DNA of 64,000 bases from contig OZ024741.1 in assembly GCA_964016885.1 (NCBI GenBank), positions 74,710,001 through 74,774,000 of the forward strand, given 5' to 3'. A model generated the notes under the pieces. The model saw nothing but the letters and a program-made list of their open reading frames with translations. It did not search any database and was not told the origin of the DNA. The position numbers were made by a program, and so were the translations under genes. Below are positions 34,640 through 48,886 of the stretch, piece after piece (position 1 is the stretch's first letter; every line of letters starts with the position of its first letter). Source of the DNA: Eledone cirrhosa (lineage: Eukaryota).

Positions 34640-37600
34640 ACACTTCCCTGCAAAAATTCACCCTCTCCCACGAGTGACAGAAAATGCCCAAAACTCCGAG
34701 TTGGCACCATCAATGTGAGCACAATGAAAGGAAGAGCAGGAGAAATCCTGGAGATGTTAGAGTGAAAGGAAATTGATGTATGCTGTGTGCAATAGACTAG
34801 ATGGAGAGGACAGTTCACCAGAGTCCTTGAAGGCAAAAATCAGTGATACAAATTTTTCTGGGTGGGAAACAACAATGGGTTGGGTGGTGTAGGTATACTA
34901 TTGGCTGACAAATGGGTAGATAAGGTAATCTCAGTCAACAGGGAATCATTAAACTCAGACTAGTCCTGAATGAAACAATTGTTACAATTATATCAGCTTA
35001 CACACCCCAAACTGGGTAGCCAGATGAACTTAAGGATAGGTTTTATGAGTCCTTAATGCACACTACTACCCTAACAAACGACAATGACTTCCTAATCATT
35101 GCAGAAGACTTTGGGAAACACTGTGATAGCTTCTATAGAGTCCATGGAGGCTACAGGTTTGGCACGAGAAATTAAGAAGGCTTCAGGCTTCTAGAATTCT
35201 GTGACACCAATGACAAGTCGATATCTAACACAAATTTAAAAAAATCCGACAACCACCTGATTGCCTATAGATCATGGGAGCATTCTACTCAGATAGATGG
35301 ACGGCTGCAAACATAAAAGCCTTCCTTGGTGAGGAATGTACCTCCCAACATAGCTTAGTTGTCAGCGACCGCATTATCAGAACTAGAGGAACTTGGAAAC
35401 AGAAGGCAACCTGGAGAAGAAAGATCTGAAAGCTGAAAGACCCCTAAGCTGGTAACAGATTTAAAGGTATCTTACTCGATGCCTATGACAGTAAAGAAGA
35501 ACAGATAGAGACATTCAATATAGAAGAGCACTATTAGTTCCAAAAAATAACTTACTAAAGGTGACAGATGAGATTTGTGGTTGGAGCAAGACCACCCACA
35601 GGGAAAAGGAGAGTGGCTTGGTGGTGGAACAATAAGGTAGATGAGGCAATTAAGGCCAAGAGACAGGCATGGAAACAATGGAAGAACGGGGGAAGCAGGG
35701 TACATTACATAGAGACCAGGAGGGAAGCTAGGCGACAAGAATACTTAGCTAGAAGGGAAGTGTAGGATAAAAAATTCAAGCATGTTTTACAGCGTGAGGA
35801 CCAGAAAAAGGAGGTGTTCAGGATTGCGAGGCAGTGTGCTAGAGAAAATTGTGATGTCATTGGAGAGAAGTGTGTCCAGAATGATAAAGGTGAGCTTGCC
35901 TCTGAGAAGAAAGCTGTTTGGAAGAGCCATTATGAAAGATTACTGAATGAGGATGGGAGAAAGAGAGCTTACCCAATGTGGACCCTATAGAGGTCCCAGC
36001 AATACAAGTCAGCAGCAGTGTAGTAAGTAAGGCAATTAAAGATATGAAGACTGGGAAGGCAACTGGTCCATCGGGTATAGCTGCTGAGATGCTGGTAGCA
36101 ACTGGGTCGGTAGGTCACACCATAACCACATGTATTGTTAATCAAGTAATACTAGAGGGCATCATACTAAATGATTGGCACAGCAACATCATTGTCAACT
36201 GCTACAAGGGTAAAAGAGATGCAGTAGATAGAGGAAAATATAGAGGTATAAAGCTGATGGACCAAGTCATGAATGTAACAGAAAGAGTTATAGCACAGCT
36301 GATTAGGGACTAGATAAATCTAGATGAGATGCAATTTGGGTTTCTGCCAGGCAAACGCACCATTGATGCCCTCTTCTTTGTGAGGCAGTTACTGGAAAAG
36401 TACCTAGGTAAAAGTAAGCTGCTCTACCTGGCATTTGTTGATCTGGAAAATGCATTCGACAGAATGCCCTGTGCTATAATCTGGTAGGCACTTAGAAAAC
36501 TAGGAGTAGATGATGGCTTGTGAAGGCTGTACAAGCTATGTATAGGGAAGCAGTCAGTAAAGTTAGGGCTAACAATGACTATAGCGTGGAATTTAGCATA
36601 CAGGTCAGTGTCCACCAGTGCTCTGTTCTTAGCCCTCTCCTGTTTATTATAGTATTGCAGGCTACACAGTAGTTTAAGACCGGATGCCCATGGGAACTTC
36701 TCTACACAGATGATCTTACACTTATAGCTGAATTTATGGTGGAACTAGAGAAGGAATTCCAAATATGGAAGCAGGGACTAGAAAGAAGGGGTCTCAAAGT
36801 CAACCTGACAAAGACTAAGGTCCTCGTAAGTAGGCAAGAAAATAGAACCCAGACACCCTCAGGGAAATGGCCTTGCTCAGTATGTAGGAAAGGTGCAGGT
36901 AGAAATTTCATCCTCTGCCCCATATGCAAACTATTGGTACAGAAGAGATATAGTAGGATCTCAAGAAGTTTAGTTAAGAATGTAGGCTTTACATGTAGCA
37001 GTTGCACCGGGACAGTAAGCAGCAAACGGCCACTGTAAACAAGCACTACCAAACTCTGGGAGGGCTCTGTAGAAACGGTAGACAGCTTCTGTTACCTAGG
37101 TGACCAAATTAGCAGCGGGGGTGGGTGTTCTTAAAGTAGAGTAACCAGGGTAAGAATGGGATGGAAGAAGTTCAGGGAGCTACTACCATTGCTAGCTGCA
37201 AAAAGCTTTTCCCTCAAAATGAAAGGTGGACTGTATGATGTGTGCATATGAACAGCAATGTTACATGGTAGTGAGACCTGGGTGTTGTGTGCAGAAGACT
37301 TGCATAGGTTAGAAAGAAACAAACCTTGCATGCTCCGATGGATGCATAATAGTAATATACGCGAATGGCAAAGCATAAATGAACTGAGAGAGAGACTAAG
37401 CATAAGAAAAATCAAATGCTGTATGCAGGAGAAGAGATTACGTTGGTATGGACATGTGATGCATATGAGGGATGACAGCTTCATAAAAATGTGCAGAGCA
37501 CTAAAAGTCAATGGAAGCCTTGGAGTGGGGAGATCCAAGAAGACCTGGGATGAGGTGATAAAAGCTGATCTTGCTCAATTCCACCTCTAAAAGGTAATGA

Positions 37601-37923
37601 CATAGGACCAAGACCTCAGGCATTATGCAGTAATACAGAAGGCCCGACTTCCCACGGGTACAAGCTGAAGCATATAAACAGTATGCCTCTACCCCCGCCC
37701 ACTGTATAGTGGTCGCATAGGCACCACGATAAAAGCACCCAGTACTCGCTGTAAATGAGGCTGGTGTTAGGAAGGGCATCCAGCTGTATAAAGCAAGCCA
37801 AAATCAGTTCTATATGAGCAAGGCATGGTCACTTGACCTGGCATTGCCGACAACAGGACAACCCGCCTAACCCATGCTAGTGTGGAAGAATCGACGTAAA
37901 ACGGTGATGATGATGATGATAAT
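34640..37923 (+). mobile_element. Near full-length degenerate RTE LINE (APE + RT + 3'UTR)
   Basis: LRVGTINV, VCCVQ*TRW, WWWNNKV, GKATGPSG, YRGIKL, QFGF, AFVDLENAFDR, LLYTDDL, MLHGSETW motifs and a (GAT)n tail. Many stops. Confidence 0.9.
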
Positions 37924-38037
37924 GTGTGACACCTTGAGCAAGTGTCTTCTGTTATAGCTTCAGGTAGACCAATGCCTTCAGGATTGAAATTTGGTAGATG
38001 GAAACTGTGTGGAAGTCTGTCATGTATGTCCATGCTT

Positions 38038-38376
38038 CATCATCATCATCATCATTTCATTTTACATCCGCTTTTTCCTTGCTTGCAAGGGTGGGACGGG
38101 AACTGATTCTGCCTTGATTTCTACAGCTGGATGCCCTTCCTAACACCAACCTCATTTACAGTGAGTGCTGGGTGCTTTTTTGCTGTGGCACCTCCACGAC
38201 CACTTTGCAGTGGAATGATAGGGAACCCAGTCCCTATCATCTCATTTCTACAGCTGAGTAAACTGGAGCAATGTGAAATAAAGTGTCTTGCTCAAGGAAA
38301 CAACACATCACCCGGTCTGAGAATTGAACTCACAACCTTTCGATTACAAGGCCAATGTTCTAACCACTAAGCCATG
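38038..38376 (-). mobile_element. tRNA-derived SINE with RTE tail (second copy)
   Basis: Near-identical to 29434-29763. Confidence 0.8.
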
Positions 38377-39276
38377 TATGTTTACTATTTGTTTATGGAC
38401 TGGTTCAACAAAAAAAGAGATTGATAAAATATGCATCAGACTTGAAATGAAAAAGTCATGGAGTCGATATGATCAACTAAAATCCCTTCAAGGTGGTGCC
38501 CCAGTATGGTCACAGTAAATTCAGTGAATGAATAAAAATAAAAAAAAAATAAATTAATAATAATCTACAAGCTAAAATATTTATTTTTCATTTCGATAAA
38601 AGCAACTAATTAGCTGTCGAAGAAATATTCTTCCCAATGGAGAAATCAACACAAAGAAAAAAAAAATTGAAAAATAAATAAATAAAAAAATGAACACATT
38701 AGACAATATTTCAACAAGTGACTATTTAAAAACTCATTAGCAAGAATCATTTAAGTAATTAAAGCGTAATCAAATTGAGGACAGACCTTTAATGGAAAAA
38801 AATCAATAAATTAAATGGTTCATCAATACACTACTTTAGCAGTTGTGGTGGTGGATGGCACTTCTGACATCCCAATTTTATAAACAAGGCTTTAGATTCA
38901 TTAACTCTAGAAAAAAAGGTCAGTGATACACCAACAGGAAGATATATTTAATATTACTTAGCTCTTAAAAGGTGGTGGATTGACAGAATTGGTAGAGCGT
39001 TGGACAAAATGCCAACGCTTTATATTCTGAGTTCAAATCCCAATAAAGTCAACTTTGCTTTTCACCCATCCAGAAATGATAAAATAAAGTACCAATCAAG
39101 TAGTGAGGTTAATTTCATCAACTTAGTCCTTCACCCAAATTTGTTGGCTTTGTGCCTAAATTAGAAATCAATATTACATAGCATGTCAAATGCATAGTTT
39201 TAATTTAGGTTTCAAATTTTAACTTCGACATTTCAATGTTTGTATCTCTCTCTACATGCACGATCACTTACTTTAA

Positions 39277-39511
39277 CCCTTTTGATACCAAACTATCCCT
39301 GGTTCTATGATACAAAGTTGTTTGTTTTAAAGTGTTTATATTTCTATAAAAACCTCCGTCATAATTCTAAATAAAAACCTTTAAGCTTTGCCCCAAACCC
39401 AAACTTAATAAGAAAGTTGTTTTTTTACTAAAACTTTCCAAATTCTTGATTATTTTCAAAATCATTTGAAAATCATCGCAATATTTCATTAGAAATATCG
39501 TGGCGAAAGGG
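39277..39511. mobile_element. piggyBac-type MITE
   Basis: TTAA|CCCTTT...AAAGGG|TTAA. Diverged relatives near 25030-25280, 43910-44166, 50340-50584, 59150-59406 and 62130-62341. Confidence 0.7.
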
Positions 39512-41519
39512 TTAAGGTTTGAATTTTAACTCATCCCTCTATTTGAAACTGACTATTACAGTTAGTTTTACCACTACCAAGACCAGGGAAGGATTTTTTT
39601 AATGCTTTTATTACCATATTTTTTATATAATACACTGCTTTGATTTTCTATTAATTTTGAAAATAATCAAGAATTTGAAAATAATCAAGAAAATAATAAA
39701 GGGAATGTGTAATATAACTTTTTCATGAACCATAACAAAACTTACATGAAATTATGAAGAAATGTTTAAATTCAAATATGAATGGTCACATAACTCCTAA
39801 TGCAATTATAGGAGTGCTGATGTAACATATGACATGTCTTGGGCACTTTAAAACTGGCGGAGCCCATCTCCTCCCCAAACATAGCCAATTTCGTACAGAG
39901 ACAGAGTGAGAGAGAGGAAGTGAGAAGGAGATATAAAGGAAGAATTGCACCCAGTACTGGAAAGTCATTTTTTAATTTTTTTTATTAAACCTGAAAGGAT
40001 GAAAGACAAAGTTGACCTGGGTGGGATTTGAGCTAGAATGAATACCACAAAGCATTCTATCTGGTGTTTTAACAACTTTCATCATTTTACTGCCTTTTTA
40101 AATTCAAATATGAATACATAAGAAACAGATTTGTATCCTAGAAATAGGGGTAGTTTTATGTTGGTTGGTATGAAAATGTTAAAAATACTGCATATTCTCT
40201 GATCTGTAGATGTCAGCATGAGAGATCATGAAATATTTCTTCAGAAACATGTAGAGTTTCTTCTAGACAGTCATTGATAATTTCTTTCACTAAATATATA
40301 CAAATATATGCCATGTGAATTCTGTTTTTTAGAACAGATATCCCTGCATGGTGTATAAGGTAACTAAAAGGGTTGACATCAAGAAGGGTATCCAGGTGTA
40401 AAACATGGACTCAAAAAATCATATCCAACCCATACCAGCATGGAAAAGTGGATGTAACAACATTGATGAGGATGATGATAAAAAAATATGTAGTAAATGT
40501 TCTTTCAACCATATTACTCAACTGTCAGATGGATATAAGTACCTTGTCAAACAGTACTTTCTATTAGAGTAGAAAATCAGTGATTTTAAAAAAAAATCAG
40601 ATTTGATAAAAAAACTCAGACATGACTGCATGGTTAAGGAGTTCATATCACAACCACATAGTTTCAGGTTCAATCTATTGCATAGCACACTGGGCAAGTG
40701 TCTTCAACTATGGCCTTAGATATAAGTATCTCATCAAACCGTGCTGCTATCAGAGCAGAAAATTGTCTAGATGAAAAAAAAAATGATGAAAAAACATGAA
40801 ATAGATAAAATGAGGCAGATTTGTCAGTTCAAAACATCACCCCACCTTAGGCACAGAGCTTGTCACCCTCTCCCCTCCACTCTCTCTTTCCTTCCCTTTT
40901 CTCTCATTTATGGCATTTATAGTCCTTCCCTCTACTTGCCTATACAGCCAGATTTGCTGTTCTTTACACCTTCCCCCCTTTTTTCATTACTTAATTTTCT
41001 TTTCATATTTCCATCATTGTATAATTTCTTTTTGTAAAATATAGTTGATATAATATGTTAAGGAGTTCACTTCATAACCACTGGGGTGTAATGTCTGTTC
41101 CTCCCCCTCTCCGTTTCTTTCATTGCTTTGTCCTCTATTTTTTCTTTTCTTTTCCCTTTATTTCTTCCTTTTTTGTTCCCTATAGTAGTGTTATATACAT
41201 ATATATATACACACACACACACACACATAATAGTGTATGGTTTAATTTGAGGGATATTTTACTACTATTTCTATCACACAGTGACTGTGGTACTGACATA
41301 GTCTTTTGTTTCAACTATAGTTGATTTATGTATTGAGTGGAATTTGAAGAAGCTTGCTGGCGTGTGTGGGTGTGTGCGTGTGTGGATGTGTGCGTGTGTG
41401 TGTGCATGTGTGTGTGCACGCATATATATAATATATATATGCGCGCGTGCGCACACACACATATAACATGTTTCATACTCCTCACGGGGTCCATTTTGAA
41501 GCAGTGTTTCATAGCTAGA

Positions 41520-41561
<42 letters not shown>

Positions 41562-43304
41562 GCTTTGGCAGTCTCTCACCATGTGGTGGCCAGGTCTTTT
41601 GTAATATGTAACATACTTGTATCATTCTATGTTGTTTTTTTCTTTCTTCTAAAAGGTGTTGAATTGGCAGTGTCATTAGAGAGTTGGATTAAATTGCCTT
41701 GACATTTGCTCCAATCCATTGTGCTCTGAGTTTAAATCTTGTCAGGGTCAACTATGTTGGAACGATAAAGTACTAGTCTAGTCTATGCACGGTGATTTAG
41801 CTGAATTATGAAAGGGTTAGATGGTATGATTTACATCCAGCTCTGTGGCATTCTGAGTTAAAAACTCAGATCCTTTCTGCCAGGAGTTGTGACTAGTAGA
41901 CAGTATAAGCAATACAAAGACCAATGGAAAGATTATTTACTTGGTCTGTTATGATGGTCGGCTCATTTCCTTTCTTTTTCTTTGTCTACTAATTACTAAA
42001 AATGCCATTAATATCAATAAAATATAGGAATATATTTTCAGCAGTCTAGCATGGCAGTTAACATGTGTCAACTTCAGTAATGTTATTAGATAGATATTTA
42101 TTACATTTGAGAGGTCTGGTCTGATGACTGACAACATTTCTTACTCTTTGGCATTCAGTGGCATTGGAACCAGAGTCCATGTTATAATATATTGTTTGTT
42201 TGTTTTTTTTTTTTATTTTTTTTTTTTTTTATTTCATTGGATTCAGTCATATGACTGTGGCTATGCATGGGCACCACCTTAATTGAAAATATCTTAAATC
42301 AAGCATGGATTTTATAAATCTCATTGTGACGAACTGCTAAGTTATAGGAAACAGACATACACATGACAGCCTTCCACACATTTTCTGCCTGCCAAATTTC
42401 CTGCACAAGGTATAGGTCAACCCAGAGGATATAGTAGTAGACACTAAGCCAGGGCGCCATGCAGTGGGACTGAACCTGAAATCAAGTGATTACAAAGCTA
42501 CCATCCTTCTCCAGGTTGGAACACAGTTGATTTCTCCCAGAAAAAAAACAGGGTGAGAAAGAGAAATAGATGAATAATCGACCCCAGTACTAGACTGGTT
42601 CTTTATTTATCAACCTCAAAAGAATGAATGACAAAGTTGATGTCAATGAGATTTGAACTCAGAGAACAGTGGGCTGGAACAAATACCGAGGGATTTTTAA
42701 TCTGATGTTTTAATGACTAAAACCAATTAAATAATGAATTAGTTGAACAAACAAGACTTTAGCATAGAACTGAGAAATAAAAATAAAGAAATAATGTGCT
42801 TTGGATAATGATATTGTGAAACAAGTAGGTATAGGCATATCTGTGTGGCAAAGGAGTTTGCTTTGCAACTACAAGTTTCCAGGTTCAGTCCCACTGTGTG
42901 GTATCTTGAGCAAGTGACTTCTACTATAGCCTTAGATTGACCTTGAAGGTGAAATTTGTTAGTAGAAACTGCAGAACCCATTGTGTGTGTATATGTGTGT
43001 GTGTGTGCGCACATGCACATTTCCATGTCTGTTTATATTTGTGTTTGAGTTTATGTCCCTTAAGTTAGTGGTTCGACAAAGAATAAGAGGAATAACAATG
43101 AAAAAAAACAACAAGTATTGGAGTCGATATTATTGACTAAATCTACTTAAGGCAGTGCCCCAGCATGGCTATGGTATGACAACGAAACCAGTAAAAGAAT
43201 TAAAAAAACAGTCAATTATTGACTGAACAAACAAGACTTTAGCATGTGTCATGGCAAAAAAGAACAAAGAAATAAAGTGCTTTGGATAGTGAAAATAGAA
43301 AATG

Positions 43305-44645
43305 GTGAAACAAATGCTTGTAAATAAAGCAGAGATGCTAGCAGACACACAATTGATATATAAAATAATAGATTACATAAATGCTACCACGGAGAGTTAT
43401 TGAGGAATTACGATTAAAATAAATATAAGAGTTGAGCTGAGCTTAATTGAAAGGTCATTTTTAAAGATCAGAGCATCAAGTGCATATATGGATGGATATA
43501 ATCAAGAAAAAAATGATAACTTGAAAAGCAAATGGTTCTGTTTGTGTAACTATGGGGATACTAATGGATTTATTACTAGATAAGTGCATAACTCACTTTT
43601 TTTTTTTTTTTAGAATGAATATGTTGGGGTGATCTTAGAAAGTGCTTTCTTCTATCAACCCATATTGTTAATATTCATTATTCACCCTTTTGGACAGTGA
43701 TAGATTAGCAAATTATTAGAGCATCAGACAAAATGCTTTGAAGAATTTAGTTACAGCCCTTTATGGTCTGAGTTGAAATTCAACAGAAGTCAACTTTGCC
43801 TTTGATTCTTCCGGGGGTCAATAAAATAAAGTACTAGTTATGTACTGGTGGTCGATAAAATTGCATTTATCCTTCTCCCTAATTGCTGGCCAATGTTAGA
43901 AAGAATTATTAACCTTGCTATCAAACTACTTAAAACCATCTCTGGTTCTATTGTACAACATTGTTTATTACAGATTGTTTATATTCATCTAAAATCACTT
44001 CTATCATAATTTTATGTAAGAACCTTTGTTATGTTATGCTCCAAACACCAACTAAATAATGCATAAGTTGTTTTATTAAATCCCGCCAAAATTTTGATTA
44101 TTTTCAAAATGATTTGAAAATAATAATCAATGCCTTCTATTAGAAATATGGTTACAAAAGGGTTAAACCTGTCCGAATTCCTCATTTCCTGATCAGTCAA
44201 CTAATATAGAATGAAAAATAATGAAATGGATGAAGAATTGGACTACATGCTAATATATTGCTTATGAGTTGAAATTTACAGCAGAAATTTTTGTTTTAAC
44301 AGTTTGGAAGCAGAACACTTTATTTTACAATGCCACACAGTTCAACAAGTTATCAGAAATGGTCAAACAAATGCTGGAAACAAAACAAAGATACTAGCCA
44401 ACACACAATTGATATATAAAATAAAATAATACAGATATGCTACTATGGCGAGTCATTGAGGAATTATGATTAAAATAAATGTAAGAGTTGAGCTGAGCTT
44501 AATTGAAAAGTTATTTTTTAAAGATCAGAGCATCAAGTACATATATTGAATGTATATATTTAATCAAGAAAAAAATATAGCATGACAATCAACTGGTTCT
44601 GTTTGTGTAACTATGGGGATACTAATGGATTTATGAGTAGATAAG
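43305..44645 (+). repeat. Local ~280-bp direct duplication (43305-43590 / 44365-44645)
   Basis: Shared AAGAGTTGAGCTGAGCTTAATTGAAA...GGTTCTGTTTGTGTAACTATGGGGATACTAATGGATTTA. Confidence 0.75.
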
Positions 44646-47600
44646 AGTATAGCTACAGACTTAACTAAATAATTCTATTTTATTATATTTTTTTGTAAAA
44701 AAGCCATATTGTTATTGTTTTAGTTTCATTTCTATTGTTAGTTGTTATATGACATGCTTTGAAAGATGTAAATAGGAAAACAAAATACATGAAAACAAGA
44801 AATTTGAGAACTGAAAACATCCACATCATTCAAAGCTTTTTTTTTTGTTTTTAGAATAAGGTCCAGCTTGTCTTCAAAAGTGGTTTGTATGTATGTATGA
44901 ATGTGTATGTATGAATGTGTGTATGTATGAATGTGTGAGTATGAGTGTGCATGCCTGTGTGGTCTTGTGAGTTCCAAAGAAATCTCATTACTATTGATGC
45001 ACCCACCACACTCTGTAAAGTGATAGTGCTGATGCAATGATAAAATGTACCCAGTACACTGTAAAGTGGTTGGCAGTTAAAAGGGCATCCACCCATAGAA
45101 ATCCTGCAAAAATATGGGATGTATGAGCAAAATGTAATAGAATATGGGTTCAAATGTACATTTATTTGCTAAAAAAACAATATGGCATATGATGATGGGT
45201 CCTCCATCAGTTCTGATGATGAACATACAGTTGTCCAATCAATTGGTAATCTAATTCATGAATTTATGTCTAAGTGGATGAGTATTCCACAGAAACATGT
45301 ACCTTTAATGTATTTCTGACACCAAATCAACATGATACAATGTGAAAAGCTAGATGTCTAACCCTTTAACATTTAAACTGGCTGTATCTGGCCAGAGTTC
45401 TCTCACCTTTTTCAGTTCAAACTGGCCGTAACTGGCCACTCATACTGGTGTTAAGGTATTGTTCTCAAAATCTCATAGATTCAATACTATGTAAGATAAT
45501 TATGTGATGTAAGATAATTATGTGAGGTAAAGCCTTTACCATGAAAATAAAGTAGTAAATATAGAGTAATATAAATACTAGTGGGTTAAATTACAGGTAC
45601 ATACATTTGACAGGCTTTCATCCAGTTTTCATCTACCTAGTTTTACTCATAAGGCTTGGGCTAACCCGAGACTATGGAAAAGATACACTTAACCAAGATG
45701 TCACACAGTAGGATTGAACCTGTGACCCAGTGGTTGCAAAGTAAACTTATTAAACACTCAGCCATGCCTGTATCCAGTATATATGTAGCATATATCATCA
45801 GTGCTACAAGACAAGATTCCTGTATACTTGGATTCTATTAACTAAGCTAAATTTAGCATCTGGCTATGAAGGAGAAAAACCTCTTTTTTTTGTTTATTAT
45901 TATCATTTATTTATTTATTTTATTTTCAGATTTAATGACAGGGAAATTATGATTAGTTCAGCTGTACTTTGATGACGAATGGTTGGAATGAGTCAAGCGA
46001 TTGAAATAAGAGACCAGTGATAACTAACTGTAGAAATCTTAGGAGACTGAACTGGCAATCACTCATAGTATTAGATATCTTGTGCTGATTTTTTTTTCTT
46101 TTTGCTTTGTTTGTTAGAAGAACATTTATTATAACAATCCTGTGCAAATTTCATCAGAAAACGAGAAAACAATATTACATAATTTCATCAAGTTAGCTGT
46201 TGCTGCTTGCCTTACTTCTTGTTCACTGCCTGACTGTCAAGAAGCAGAAGATACATGTTTTATTATCTTTAAGTCATTTTTCACAGTTCTCATCATCACC
46301 ACATTGTTCCATCTATGTCTACCACAACAAATTACATACTAATATTACCATATTACTATACACCCACTTACATGTTCTTACAACCGCTCAACACCAGATC
46401 TCAGCTTCTTATTTTTATTTTCCTGTTATTAAGGTTACTTTCTTTCAATTATCAGTAAATACATCAATTTCGCTATTTTAGTGATTTTCTTTTTTTTTAG
46501 GATTTACATTTTGTATTTAAACATTTATATTCTAGGTTCTAGGTGGTATATTATATAGATGTGCATTCTTATGATTGATGATGCTTGTTTTATATATATT
46601 ATATATATATTTCCTCCCCAAGAATTCATATATTCTTCATTATTATCTGCAGAAAGTTCTATAGCTCCATAATACAATTATATTATAAATACATGCTAAA
46701 TCTGTACTGAAATAGATATTTCATTTTCTGAGAATATTAAGTACACCCTGTAAGGTAGTTGGTGTTAGGAAGGGTGTTCAGCCATAGAATCTATGATGAA
46801 AAGGAGTTGAGAGGATTACTTTGTGGCATGAAGGGCACGCCAATATCTCTAATACTAGTGCCAAAATAAAATGCACTCAAAATGCTCTATAACAGGCATA
46901 GGTAATATGTTTTTATCAGTAGGCTGCATGAGATATGGCTCATCATAAGGAAGACATCACGATATAAAATTTCAAGGTAATTTTCAAATTAGGAGTGCCA
47001 TTCAGAAAGCCAAAAGGACCACATGTAACCTACAGGCTACAGTGTCCTCATGACTGCTCTTTACAGTGATTGAGGAAGGGCATCTAGTCACAAACATCCA
47101 TGCTAAAATTGGAACCTATGTAAGACATTGCTTTTGGCCTGTCTACGGGCATAGTAACTCCAATTTTGTACTAACCTGGTCCATAACCACCTATCCAACA
47201 CATTTCAGCATGGAAAAGCAGATGTAAGATGGTAATGCCGTTATTTCCATGATATATACCATATGTATATTAGGCTCATATCAATATATTTGCATACAAT
47301 TAAGGAAGGTATAGGAGGCTCTTTATTCTTAAGTATGTTTTAACTCTTACCATCCTGCAATGATTGAGTAAATGTCATGCGTAATTTGAAAATTACTTAA
47401 AATGTTTAAATAGTGAGGTCTACCTTATGATGAGTTAATTAATTCACATTTTTTATGAGTTTCTTAATTCACATTTATTAGGACAAATTGATAAATGTTC
47501 AGTAAACTAAAGATATTAACTTTCAATGTGATGTAGTCAGAGTGCTGTTTTGAACTTTTCAAGAATGATTCTTAAGCTTCAGCACGTTGAATTTTTTTTA

Positions 47601-48693
47601 GGAATTGCTTTCCTTGACACTACATTATGTATTCAGGGGGAAATTACACTCTTGTAGCAATTTGTTGCTGTCAGCATGCTGAAGGTTAATGTGATTTCAT
47701 ATGATAAAAGGATATTAAAAGTTAATATAACTAATATTTCTAGCTGGTGCTATGAGACTTTCGATAAATGTAAACAAATTTCTGTTTGTGAAAAAAAAAA
47801 AGATTCTACTTATGTAGGATAACTTCTGTAGTGCCACTGACATGGTGAAATGCACCCAGTCAATGTTGTAAAGTGGATGTTAATATGAAGGTCATCAAAT
47901 ATAAAAACTATGCCTAGAAGGAAAGAATGAACTGTGACAGCATAAGATATAACAGACTCTTTAGTTTTATCAGAGACAACTAAGTGCCATTAGTTCACAT
48001 TGTAAAGTATTTGATGAAACGAAGGAGGAACACAAGTCAGTAAAAAGTGTATCAAAAGAAAGAAAGAACAAATGGAGGCAACATAGTTTAGAGTAGGCTT
48101 TTTTAACTTGTCAGACACCATCTCTAGTCTATGTTGTAAAGTGGTAGTGCTGTTGGCACAATGAAATACACTCAGTTCATGTATATGTGTTTACATTTAC
48201 TGTTTCTTCATGTCCCATAACTTATTGGTTCAACAAAATGAGCTTGATTATTATTAGGGCTGATATGATTGACTAAATTCCCTGATGGTGGTGCCCCAGC
48301 ATGGCTGCAATTTAATGACAAACCAACAAAAGAGTAAAAGAGTATATGCTGATGGTGGTGGTGGTGGTTTAATAAAGACAGAGGAAACATCCGCAAGCTT
48401 CCATTTATCATTCAAACACTTTCACTTAGTTCACCACATTATGCCTTCCCACTCTTAATGTGATAAATTATTGCCTATATAAATTATACATTTTCCATGT
48501 CTTTTCTCCACCTCTTGTCACCTTGATTATATATTCCTCACACAAAATAGTTCAATCAATTTCTACTATTTAAATATTGTAGCAACAAGACATTTTCTAT
48601 GTGGTCATTTAAAACTTCTAAACAAAGAATGGCAATTTTTTTCAATCTGAAGAACCATTTTTAATTAAAAAAAAAAAGTTATAATATTTAGTA

Positions 48694-48886
48694 ATAATTG
48701 TTTCTACTTTAGGCACAAGGCCAGCAATTACCCAGTTCATTACTGGTACTTTATTTTATCGACCCCGTAAGGATGAAAGGCAAAGTCAACCTCGGTGGGA
48801 TTTGAACTCAGATTGTAAAGGGACGTAACTATGCTGGAAAGCATGGCGTCCGACCCTCTACCGATACTGCCAATTCACCGCCCTTA
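48694..48886 (-). mobile_element. tRNA-derived SINE with TSD
   Basis: Full-length copy flanked by TAATATTTAGTAATAAT. Confidence 0.85.
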
